From NCBI RefSeq assembly GCF_964194155.1, contig NC_135887.1, positions 11,718,001 through 11,782,000 of the forward strand: DNA of 64,000 bases, given 5' to 3'. A program made the position numbers and the translations under genes. This DNA is from Cetorhinus maximus. Lineage: Eukaryota. The first letter of the stretch is position 1; every line of letters starts with the position of its first letter. The notes under the pieces were generated by a model, which ran no database searches, was not told the DNA's origin, and saw only the letters and a program-made list of their open reading frames with translations. This document shows, piece after piece, positions 10,311 to 22,314 of this stretch.

Positions 10311-13300
10311 GCCGAATGGATACACTGCGCAAGCAGCGGGGGCATTTTATTTTATTTTTTTTAAAAACACACACACACACACACACACACCAACGTCCAT
10401 TTAAAGAAAAGAGATGGTAAAATATGGGACTGTTAAGGGGAGGTTAACGCACACACACAATAAAACAAACAGCTGAGAGGGGGCGAAATCAAGCGTCGAG
10501 CTTTTGTTTTTAAGATTGCTAGTTTCAAGTTTTGCAGAACGCATGTCAAATGCCGGAGAGTAGGTCATTACAGGGCAAATTAGATAAAGGTCTGATTTTT
10601 TTTAAAGGTTAGGTGTATGAAATAAGAATTGAATCAAAACAGGCCGCCGGTTTGGGAATTGGAGAGATTAGTGCTGGAGTTTAAGACAGTGCAAAGGAAA
10701 TTTAGCAGCACCGAAATTATTCCGAACGAATTAGCGACCCCAATAACGTAAGAGAGGTTTAATTTAAATTGTTTTGAACGGGTCTTGCTAATAACCATGA
10801 CAAATCCGCAGCTTTTTTTTTCCCAGAATAAAACCATCGAATTTAGATTTGCGTTCCTTAATTTGACTTTCGGATTACTTCTGGGCGAAATGAACACGTT
10901 TCACGAATTTGTGTCAATTGCACAGGGTTGGATTCATTGCTGCGATTAGAAACGAAGGTGAACCAGTTTAAAGCGTGTCCTGTTATCAGCCTCTGTCAGA
11001 CTCTCAAGTCATCATCCTCCCAACATGGAAGAAGGGTTTGTTCAGGACTGTTAGATTGGTGCAATTTGTTAAACGAAAGGGATAGATTCAAGTGTTGAAT
11101 TGTATTGCGAGTTAGAAACGGTTTTGTGGAGATTTAAAACACATCATTTGTAATTATTCAGAAATTGCAAGTTTAGCTACCACGTGCATAATCACATTTT
11201 ATATCCACTTTAAAACAAGTAAATGGAGGAAGTTGGTTTGGTTAAAATAAATGGTGCATTTCTCTTTTGAGTCTAGGAATTAAAACATCAAAATAGAACC
11301 ACGAGGACGCGAGTAAAAATACTTGGTACACTTTATAATATATATTTTTTTAAAAATGAAGTGCATTTCTCTTCAGTTTCGAACTGATCTTCGCTGAGTT
11401 TTTTTTTCTCGGAGCAACAGTTCAAACGGATTCCTAAAACAATGTCCCTTCAGGAGGGCGCTAATGTCCCGGTCGGACTCAACAGGTCCTGCACGACACT
11501 TTACAGCAGTTTTATTGCCTGTGTGTTGTTAAATGCTCCCCCCCCCCACCCCACCCCACCCCCCAGCTCCTTCAGACATCCCGTTCAGGATTTGTTTCGC
11601 TCCCAGAGACAGCAATGGAGTGCCACATTCTGCGGGTCTGTCTTCCCCTCGTGATGGAGCGAGACACAGTCCCCCACCCCACCCTAAAAGCTTTGCAGAG
11701 AAAGCCTTGGTGGTGGCACTTTCTGGATCCGGCACCTGCTCCGGCGCTTTGCAATGCAAACCTGCACGTTAAAATGACATCTGTTTCAACTTCACGCTTA
11801 AGAGGCGTCGAGTTTTACTCTCATAGTGAACGTTACAGCCAGTTCGTTAAAAAGCAAAAACGAAGCAATGACAAATCAGGTTTCGGTGCAACGAAATCCC
11901 CCTGGGATAGCTCCTATTCTCTGCCCTTAAACTAAAACACCCACTCACACAGGCCAGAGTCGCTGTGTGGAGCTGGAGGTGGCCGCAGCCACGGGTTTTT
12001 CTTATCAACAGTTTGATCCTGGAGTTTATAAATGAAGTCCCGTTGGTGATTTAAAAAAAAAACACTTCTCTGGCGCTTGGGAGCGTAAAAATCAAAATAA
12101 AATAAAAACAGCAGGGGTTTTAAAAATGGAGAGGAGGGTGATTATTGGATAGATGCGTTGGGAAAGGCTACAAACCGTATCACTCCAAAGGGGGAAATTG
12201 CATGGGCCTCCTCTCTGAACTGAACATGTCGTTACTAATGGATAGCAAAGGAGGGGATACTTCAGAATGTCCTATTCTAATATGAGCGCAGTTGATCCAG
12301 GGGAGGGGGGTTTCTTCCTGTTCACAGTAAATTGGGGATTTACTTTCCGATCTATAGTCTTACCGTCACTGGCGAATTTGACAGCGAGCACGAGTTTAAT
12401 GAAAATATATATAGGTCACATATTCACCCAAATGGCCGCCTTAATCGCCAAATAGTTGGCCCACACAGTTCATTACTGGCCAGTGAAACATTCCTCTCCA
12501 CCTTACAACTCCCAATTATGTGGCAGAACTGTCAGTGATGGCTAAAACCAATTTTCTCTGCTTGCTAAAAAAAAAATAACACGAGTGGAACGTTAATTAA
12601 TGCCTCTCTAGCAACAGGCGGTCGAATAATAATTCAACCTTTACAAGGTTTTATTCAATGTATTTATTAAGTCATCATCTCCATGTTTGACTGCGGCTTA
12701 AAGGTACAACGGCCATTCAGTAAGAAAAAAGCTCCACACAACGAAATGTTTAGGAATTTCAGACAAGAAAATCACTTGGGAGTGAAAATAAAAAACCCGC
12801 ACTCCTCCCCCACCTCCCCAAGTATACTACAACAAACAGAATGATCGATAAAAGCGGCATGAGGCGGATAAATCAATATTTTTTTTTGTGTAGACCACCT
12901 GTTTCTTCACGGGAGGGGTTTCAGTTTCGTTGGCAGAAAAACGGGTTCTGTTGAATAAACCAATTGGGGGGGGAAAGTCTTCCCATAAGAACAGGGATGC
13001 AAGGCTTTTGTAGCCGGGAGAGAAACTGGCCTGTGCTGAAAGCTATCAAGTCATTTGGGAAGGTGGACCTCCGAGTTAAAGAGATTAACATCTAAATATT
13101 GGGTACTCGGTGCTTTGTCTATCCCGAGCCGGGGAATCTCGGCCGTTAATATCTCTTAGGCTTTATGTGCTAAATAAGCATCGAGTGGACGGGAGAGTGG
13201 AAGGGGTCCCTTGTGTCCCTCCAAAACGAATTGGCTCTGACGCCCTCGGTAACAGAATTTTACAGCTTACGCTTTTAACAGCATAGCTCTTGAGAGCAGA

Positions 13301-16300
13301 ATTGCGGGTCCTGTAACCCAGCGTAAAGTTCGTTAGCGCTTTTAATTGTCTTATCTGGTTTTCAGAAACCATCCTATCTTATCCCCTGCACCGTTTCTGT
13401 CCTGCGCCTTGTTATGCGGGTCTAACACACAGAGAACAGGCGGGCGACTGGTGGCTTTCTCTGGCTGTGTAAATTGTGCAACTGTCGATCAACAGAAGTA
13501 AGTGCAGAGAAAGCGGATTGAATGTTAGCACTCCACGGTGTTACAGCTCAAATGGGAATGTGAAACCACAGTGTATATATATATATTTTTTTTTAAAAAC
13601 ACCCTTAAGTAAAATATTAGGAAACTGGGAATGTCACTACCAAACTTCACGACTTTCTAGTAAAGGTTTGGATCTTTTTCTTTGTGCTTTCTCCTCTGTT
13701 ACTGTAAACAGAACAAACTCAACTTGTCAATGTGCACTGCTACCTCCTGTAAGCGTTTCACCGGTCAATGGCGAGCTTGCCAAAAGGGAGGGGTGGTGGG
13801 GTGGGAGGTGGGGGTGAAGGTGGCACGAAAATAAATGAGATAGGGGGATCGCACTGTTAGGATCTTATGGTCATACTTGTCGCCGTAGAACGGTTTTTTG
13901 CATAGATTTGGCCTTTTGATAATCCAGCCAGATTAAACGGTGACTGCGCCTTTAAATTAAGTTTTCGCCTCCCAATGCATAATGCAGTCGCAGTTTATGT
14001 AATCAATCTCCAGAGAGGAGAGAGACCCTGAATGGAGCCCATTGTCACTGCAATGTTATCACTCTCCATAATCTTGTAACTTTCCAGAATGGCCCCGCGA
14101 CGCTGCTTTTGTAGAACAGTAGTCAGGTAATTCCCGCCGATCACCTCAACGACGCTCATGTATTCTTTCAGAGCGTAGTTTATTGGGTTTTTTAAAAAAA
14201 AATAAAAGTCTTAATTTTTGTATCCAGGTGACCTTTTAATAAACTGTAAATAGGATGAGGCCACGTTTATCAACATTTTCCAAATTGTGTCTCCTGTCCT
14301 CCTTATTAAATAAATAAGTTTGACATATTGATTAAATACATTATAATAACAATAGAGTGCTAGCGCTGCAAAGTGCATCTTCAAATCTAACAATGTGACT
14401 GCACAAGTTACTTCAACACGCCGAAGTCTAAATGTGACAGTGGCGAGGAGCTTTCCCTAGTCGTGCAGTCTAGTGGTTTATACTGGGCTGTTATCAAGAG
14501 ATTAACTCGCGCCTATCAGTTTTATGAAGGGTTGGGGGGATGGGGGGGCGGGCTGGTGGTGGGGAGTTGAAACTTTAATTTTTAAGATGTCATAATCTTA
14601 CACTTGTTAAACCTGGGAGGAGTTGGTCGGTTTAATTTACAAAGGACCGCCAGATTTCCAGGTCACCTCCTTTTTAGCCTCATTATTTGCCTCGTTATTT
14701 ACCGGATGATCGAAGGAAGGGATTATGGAAGAGATATTATTATTAAAGAACTCCTGTCATTGCCGGGGGATCCGTACAGAATTCATTTCAAGCGGGATTT
14801 TTGGTAGAGAGAGAGAGAGAGAGAGAAATGACACTCGTGCTGTTGTAGAAATCGTCAATAAACATAGTGCAGTTGCAGGTCATCAAATACAAATATCTGG
14901 TGCTAAGTATTTCACACGAGGTACTGGAAATAGGGGGGAAATCGTTTCGTTAAAAACTTTGGCAATGCGTTGCTAACGAATTACTTACAGAGGAATATGT
15001 GGAGAGTTTGAAGAAATCCCTTTCCAGGGGGGAATTAAAGTGAGCATAAAATGTGTCAATGGAACGACATTACGGAGTTGAGGGGTTTGGGTGTTTTAAC
15101 ACCTGATGTAGAATCAATATTTCGTAGGTGGTTTATGAAATGCATTTGACCTGAGAGCGAGATGGCAACCGGTATTGGCCGGGGGGTCTCACGCTTTGGG
15201 AAATATATTGGTTGGTATTTCTCGTTAACGCAGGGACCTGGACAGACTTCTCCAGTTTGGCACATTTGACCATTCTCACCGGTTTCGCTCCTCTTCCCCC
15301 AACCTTGCTGAAAATATCCCAAATCTCTCAAGCCCCGTTTGCAAACGGTGCGCTATTTAGAGCCCAGATGTTTATTTAGCTTTGTGTTCCCACTGGAGTT
15401 TTCCTATTTCTACAGTAAAGAATGTTTAGAATCTCAATTGTCAAAAGCAATTGGGAACGAATGTCAATTCACGTCGACCATTTTGGTGGCAACCCACGGC
15501 TCTTAAAGCCAGTGTGGGGCAAGGGACAGCATAGGGTTAATAACTTAGGGTGGATTCATCTGTTAACACCGGGCGCCTCCTTTGGGGAGTTTTTGTGGTT
15601 TCACTACAATGGCCATCAACGCCGGAGTTCCTAGACTTAGGGACTGGTGGCTGCAGGTTGAGTTCCAACCCGGCAGGTACCCCCATTTACCCCACTTGTC
15701 TGGACCTCTTCCTGTCTGGGGAAGCAAGCTCTGCCTAGGCAGTGCCCCAGTAGTTCAAATGTAAGCAGCTGGTGGGTCACATTGTGCATTATTGGCCCTC
15801 GAATCAACATTGACATTCACCACAAGTAACCGCCGACACACTCCGCCCCAAACCCCCATCTCCTCCAAGTCACTTTGTGATGAACCTTGTTTGGCACTGC
15901 AGTTATACTGCATGTGGTGTCATTGCGCGGTGTTGCAGGAATGTTTTCTACCGGGGGGTTGGGAGGGAGCACACCGCTTCTCCCCAAAGCCCCCTGAATT
16001 CAACCTGCAGTTTGAGTATGGTGCTGAGTGCAAAAACACTTTGCAAGCGACGTGTTAAAGTGACAGTGTAAATGTATCCTTGGGCCCGTAAACGGAATTC
16101 CTTTAAACTGTCTAACTGTCTCGTTTCAGTCCCCTTTATTTCGTAGCATTTCAAACATTTCTACCTGAAATGCTGCCTGAATGATGTAGACTGTTACGCA
16201 ACCGGTTTGAGGCCAATACCTATTAACAATGATGTGGAGCTGGCGGAGCTGAGTTATACTGCTGGCTCTGCAATGCGTTCCCAACCGTATGCACCGTGCG

Positions 16301-16489
16301 CTGCTCACTGTCACTAAGCCGGCGGGAAGTGAACAGTTACCTCAGACTGTAACAAAGGTAACAGAAGGTTCACCTTAAGCGAACACATGTACCGACTGAT
16401 CCAATTGGGGGGGTTCGGTTGTTGATTAAATGCTTTACAAACCTTTATTTTTGCAAAGCTGAAGCAATGCGAGATTATCATTCAACAAT

Positions 16490-16884
16490 GCCACCGTGTT
16501 AAAATTCTCATCCTGCTTTTCCTGGCCTTACCCCTCCCTATCTATACCCTCCCACAACCCTACAACCAACCAAGGTCTCTGCGCTCCTTCAATTCTAGCC
16601 TATTGCTCCTCCCTCATTTTAGTCATTACCCCACTGTTGGATTTCAGCTGCCTAGGCCTTAAACTCTGGAATTCCCACTCCAAATCTCTCTGCCTCCCTA
16701 CCTCTCTCTCTCTCCTCCTTTTAAGATGCTCCTCAAAACCTGCCTCTGTGATCAAACTTTTGATTACCTGCCTTAACATCTCATGTGACTGGGTGTCATT
16801 TTTTTTGTTTGATAACTCTTTTGGTGACACACCTTGGGATGTCTTATTCCGTTAACGGTGCCATGTAAATGCAAGTTGTTGTTG
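16490..16884 (+). mobile_element. L2-type LINE 3' fragment
   Basis: AAAATTCTCATCC...CTCTGGAATTCCC...CTCCTCAAAACC...CCTTGGGATGT...TAAATGCAAGTTGTTGTTG terminus. A paralogue lies at 43030-43400. Confidence 0.7.
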
Positions 16885-17559
16885 AGATGGTCTCATCCCA
16901 CTTGCCAGAATAAAGTATGGGGGGGTGGGGGGGGGGAGGGGGAATTGCAAGCTGAGCTTCTACTGTGCAAACCTGCAACTGCCTTGCATCAAATACAAAG
17001 TACAGCTAGCCAGTCACAACACTGTCAGTGAAAAGCAGCAAGCTCATAGTTTTATGAGTGATTTGGACTGCACTTTCCATTCTCTGCATGTGCCAGCTGC
17101 CCAGTTAATACTTTTAAGGCTAAAAATACATTTCAGTGTTTGTTTTGTAATGGAGTGATGGCAGCAGGCCCTCTGAAGAACTGTACTGTGGTACGCTCCT
17201 GCTGTCTTAAAGGGCCAGGCTCTCCAGAAGTGCTCCATTTAAAGTTACACTGCCACATTCGCAGCACGCTGTGCTCAGGCACACTGAGCTGCATGCGAGC
17301 AGTCTGGAGCTCCATTCCGCGAAACTTTTAATTTTAATAAAGCCTTGATTATTCTGTTACCTCTTTATAAACATTGGAAATTTAGGGCCAGTTCCCCCCT
17401 TGCGGTTTGTATTTTAAAGTCAGAAAGTCCCCTTTGTACATGTTACAGTTCTTCCGTAAGGAGGGTAAAGCAGGATTGGAGTGAGGCCACAAAACGCGAC
17501 TGAAAATTCAGTTCATGCACAGATCAGCTGCCTTAATGTTTTTTTAAAAATATTCATTC

Positions 17560-17697
17560 ATGGCATTTGAGCATTGCCGGCAAGGCCAACTTTTGTTACC
17601 AATCCCTAATTGCCCTTGAGAAGGTGGTGATGGTAAGCTGCCTTCTTGAACCACTGTAATCCATGTGGCGTGGGTACGCCCCAGTGCTGTTAGGAAT
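17560..17697 (-). mobile_element. 3' tail fragment of the Zenon-like LINE family
   Basis: CCTAATTGCCCTTGAGAAGGTGGTG..GCTGCCTTCTTGAACCACTG matches 2025-2075. Confidence 0.8.
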
Positions 17698-19329
17698 TTT
17701 TCTTTTCTCAGGGAAAAATTGATAATTAAATGAAATCCCAAGGAGAATGGTGGAGAGTGGATTCAGGTGGCTAACACCTCCGTGGATATGAGCAGAAAGA
17801 TGTCAGCATCAATGTTAATCAAAAAGTCAGTCAGATAGTTCCCTCATTCGCATTATTCTGTCTGCCTCAAATCATTATCATTCATTTATTTGGTACTGTT
17901 TATTTCAGCGTCCTTTTTGTTGTAAGACTTGCTGAAAACGTTTGGAGATGAGTTGCCAACTCTTCTGGATTACCCGGGAGCTGCCAGCAATTTCCTGGGC
18001 ATCACTGCCACCAAGCCTTAGAAAGATCATTTCAGGCACTTAAAAACTAGAATTTTAGCTTTTGGGGGTTTTTTTTGAACATTTTTGTTCATAAGAGTTA
18101 ATGGTGAGGTGGGCTGTTTTTGGCAGTGCATTGTTCAACAATATTGTTTTAACGCAGCGTTGATTTGAAAACAAAATTGAGTCGATTGAAGCTGAATTAT
18201 TAATTTCTCAAGCATTTATGGCCCAGATGTGGTGTTCAGACTGAAAGTTTTGCTCACCCCTGCTCTAGGTGGTAGAGGTCTTGGGTTTGGAAGATGCTGT
18301 CGAAGGAAAGCTCTGAAGTAATAAATATTGAACTTGCATGAGTTCGCTACCTAAACTATGGGTTAAATCTACCCAAATCTGTGAAACTGTCAACACTGTA
18401 GCGTAACAGAGTACAGGTATAAGAGTGGCCAGTCTGGAAGGTACAGACCTACGAAAATGATGGGTAGGAAAAGATTAGCTAGTCCACCAAACCTACCCCA
18501 AACTAATGAAGTATCATAACAAGCACTTCCTACTGCTCACCCCCTGCCCCACACCATCCACCAGCATCCCCCCTCCTCTGTTCCCCCCCACCCCACTCTC
18601 CGTTCCCGTCCCCCATGTAAACGCCTGGTAGAGACAAAACAACTAGAAAACCTCCAGGGCCAATAATGGGGGGAAAAAAACCGACAATTCCTCTGTGTCT
18701 CCCTCAAGTAAGATGGGGGAAAGCAAATCACACAGTTTAATCTCTTAAACTAATGAACAAAAAAAAACCCTTCAAATAGTAAAAAACAACAAGCAAACAG
18801 TCATATATCAGATAATAAGATTATGCCTGAGCCCAAAAGTAAGTGGATTATGTAATCCAGCATCTCAAATTGATTGATTTTGCTGCTTATAAATTGCTTA
18901 TCAAATTAAAAGCATCAGGAGGCGGTGGTTTGAAGCAGGGTAGTAATATAATTAGTGATTCAGTCGTTGACGCGGGAATCAAATCATTTGCGTTTGTGTA
19001 ATTATAAAGAAAAGAAATACCAGTGACAGAAAGGGAGCGAAAATAAAACAAAGGAATGGGGTGAAGTAGTGATTGACTGACAAAAGTTACTGACAAAGGC
19101 CAGGAATGGGAGAAACCAATGAGGTTGGAGTGAAAACTGAGGGAAGGACAAGAAAAGCCAGAGTGAGTAGAATAGCAAAACAGGAGCAGAGAACGACTCT
19201 GAGGCAATGACATGAAGTTGGGGGATGAGCAGTAAAACAAGCAAAAATCTATTATTGGCACATTCCGGGAAAATAGTCAAGTTGAGAGCTAGCGAGCAAA
19301 CCTGGTAGGTGGCAGGGGCTGGCAGTGGT

Positions 19330-20360
19330 GCTCTCCATGGGTTAGGTTTGGGTCCATTACTCTTTTCAGCTTTTATAAATAATTGGGGGTGGGCAATAAA
19401 TGCTGGCCTAGCCAGTGATGCCCACATCCCATGAACAAATATATAAAAGAAACAACCTAGACTTGGGTGTTGGGAGAAGCATTATAAAGTTTGCAGATGG
19501 TATGAAACTTGACAAAGTTTCCTATCATGATGAGGATAGCTATTGGCTTCAGGTTGGTGAAATGGGCAGCAGCATAGCAGATGAAGTTCAATGTGCAGAA
19601 GTGTGAAGTGTTGCACTTTGGACAGGTTAATATGGAAAGACAGTAAACTATAAATGGCACGCTTTTGAAAGGTGTAGATGAGCTGAGACGCCTTGGTGTT
19701 CATATACACTAATTCTTAAAGGGCAAGTTGATAACGTGGTTGAAAAAACACATGGGTTACTCGGGCTTATAAACAGAGGAATTGAATTTAAAAGCAGAGA
19801 GATCATTGCTAGAAATGTATAAATCACTGGTTAGGTCTCAGCGGGAGTATTGTGGACAAATCTGTGCGCCACACTTCACAAAAGAAGTAAAGGCCTCAGA
19901 AAGGGTACAGTGGAGATTTACAGGTGTTAGCTGGGATGAAGGACTTCTGTTATGAGAAGAAGTTGGAAAAGTTAGCAGCGGTAATAGAGAGGGTTAAGAG
20001 ATTACATAATGGAGAAAAACTATTTCCTCTTGTGAGTAAGTCAGTAACCAGAGGCTATAGATTTAAAAATCAATGACAGAAAATCTGGAAGGGTGAGGAG
20101 GAGAATTGTTTTCCTTCAGTCAGAATCATACAGACTCTGGGATCTAGAATGCTCTACTTCAAAATGGTGGTGGAAGCTGATTCCATAAATAATTTGGAAA
20201 AGAAATTTGAGACGGGCATTTGAGAATGAAGAACCTACAGGGTTATGGACAAACAACATGGGGATTTGGACCATGCATGGCTGCTCTTTCGAAGAGCCAG
20301 CAAGGCTACGATGGGCCAGATGGCCTCTTTCTGTGCTTTACATTTCTATTGTTCTATGAA
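19330..20360 (+). mobile_element. Decayed CR1 LINE 3' portion with a nested ~65-bp LINE/SINE tail at about 19385-19450
   Basis: KFADGMKL RT motif and terminus GATGGGCCAGATGGCCTC..TTCTATG. The insert is GGGCAATAAATGCTGGCCTAGCCAGTGATGCCCACATCCCATGAA. Confidence 0.8.
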
Positions 20361-20889
20361 CTGTGCAGTATTGTGTGATACGTAGTTGCAACTTCTTGGA
20401 ATAATATGGTTGGTGAGCTAAATAGAAGTTATAACTTTGTTGTTTCTGGACACCTGAAACATAAAATCAAATTCCTGGAAAAGAAATACTATTGGGTTCA
20501 AATCATATTGTATGACACTAATGACAAATGCATCATGAAATTCCACTTTAGTGAAGGCACAAATTTGTTTAAGGATTATCACCGTCCTTAAATCAATTGG
20601 CAAAGAAATGTCATCGAACACGTCATCCCATTCATTGTTAATAATACACAGTGCAATTTCAATTTATTCATCTGAAACATTAAAACATTACCTATCTTAA
20701 CTACCTGACATGTGGAGTCCTTTCTAATGATCTTCAGCCTCCAATAATTTGTTGAGGTTTTGATGATCATATCTGTACAAGATCAATTCTAAACTAAAGC
20801 TGGGCTAGAGCTGGATAAGTCTCAGATGTATAATGTTTCACGTAACCTTTTACGTAAATTTCTAACCTAGTTGTCATGGATGTGTGGAG

Positions 20890-20981
20890 CAAAATTGGGT
20901 ATTCTCAAACAGGGTTGGGCAAAAATTGGGTATTCTCAAACAGGGTTGGGCAAAAATTGGGTATTCTCAAACAGGGTTGGG
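20890..20981. repeat. 31-bp tandem triplication
   Basis: CAAAAATTGGGTATTCTCAAACAGGGTTGGG x3; the first copy is one A shorter. Confidence 0.95.
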
Positions 20982-21299
20982 TAACAGTGAGAATGAATCA
21001 CCTTGAGCTGTTCTCAGATACATTACAGAGGTTAGTCACAGAGAATTAGCATTTGCAGATATCTGGCAACTCATAGTTAACTGGAGAAGTCAAGAAAAAA
21101 TAAGTTGAAAAGAAAAGAATAATTTATTTTGCAGATACACTGGAACTTGAGTGAATATTACAGCATAAATCCAGAGCAAAGTGCATATTATAGGCCAAGG
21201 TTTAGGACAACCTGGGGGAAGGTACCACAGAGGACAAGATTAGCAGGTAATTTTATTTGCATTTTTGCCATGAAAGTGTGGCAACATTAGTAGCAGATA

Positions 21300-22062
21300 T
21301 AAAAACAAAAAGCTAAAAGCTACTGCGGATGCTGGAAATCCAAAACAAAAACAGAATTACCTGGAAAAACTCAGCAGGTCTGGCAGCATCGGCGGAGAAG
21401 AAATCAGTTAACGTTTCGAGCCTTCATGGCCCTTCGGCAGAACTGAAGCATAGTTAGGAGAAGGGAGAAATATAAACTGGTTTAAGGGGGGGGGGGGGGG
21501 GGGGCGGGGGGGTGGGGGGGGGTGGAGAGAGACATTGAGGGTGTGGTGATTGTGGAGATGAGCAGATAATCAAAAGATGTCACAGACAAAAGGGTCAAAG
21601 AGGTGTTGAAGGTGATGATATTTGTCTAAGAAAAGTGCTAATTAAGAATGGAAGACAGGATATTCAAAGTACAGCTCTAGTGGGGGTGGGGTGGACAGAC
21701 TAACAAGGTTTTAGTTTTAGATTTAAAAATAATGGAAATAGGTGGGGAAAGAAGAATCTATATAAATTATTGAAAAAAAAAGTGGGGGGGGGGGGTAGAA
21801 ACGGGGTGGGGATGGGGGGAGGGGGAGTTTAAGATCTAAAGTTGTTGAATTCAATATTCAGCCCGGAAGGCTGTAAAGTGCCCAGTCGGAAGATGAGGTG
21901 CTGTTCCTCCAGTTTGCGTTGGGCTTCACTGGAACAATGCAGCAAGCCAAGGACAGACATGTGGGCAAGAGAACAGGGTGGCGTGTTAAAATGGCAAGCG
22001 ACAGGGAGGTTTGGGTCTTTCTTGCAGACAGACCGCAGGTGTTCCGCAAAACAGTCGCCCAG
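21300..22062 (-). mobile_element. 5'-truncated Penelope-like retroelement: GIY-YIG endonuclease C-terminus plus terminal repeat
   Basis: Uninterrupted frame 22062-21829 reads LGDCFAEHLRSVCKKDPNLPVACHFNTPPCSLAHMSVLGLLHCSSEAQRKLEEQHLIFRLGTLQPSGLNIEFNNFRS*, with the EH, VAxHF, E..I and PxGLN motifs of the PLE endonuclease. The terminal repeat is at 21300-21450. Confidence 0.9.
21404..21446 (-). ncRNA. Minimal type I hammerhead ribozyme-like motif with variant core
   Basis: UCAGUU-CUGCCGA-A-GGGCC-AUGAA-GGCUC-GAAAC-GUU-AACUGA: perfect 6-bp stem I, 5-bp stem II and palindromic AACGUU stem III. The core is CUGCCGA rather than CUGANGA. Confidence 0.7.
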
Positions 22063-22314
22063 TAGCAGTTCTGTTAAAAAATGTCATGGCCATACAGATA
22101 CAATAATTTACCAAAATGGCAAAATTTACAATCTCTCTAGAAGTACTGCACAGAGGAAATCTTCAGAAACACATTTACATTATTGCTGCTGTGAGCAACC
22201 AGGTGAACGTTTAGCTCAATCTGCTATATAATTGCTTTAAAAAAAAAAGCAAACAAGTTGTTTCTGTGAGTATTGACCCTCAGGTTCATTGAATGAGTTT
22301 TCACAAACCTTACG

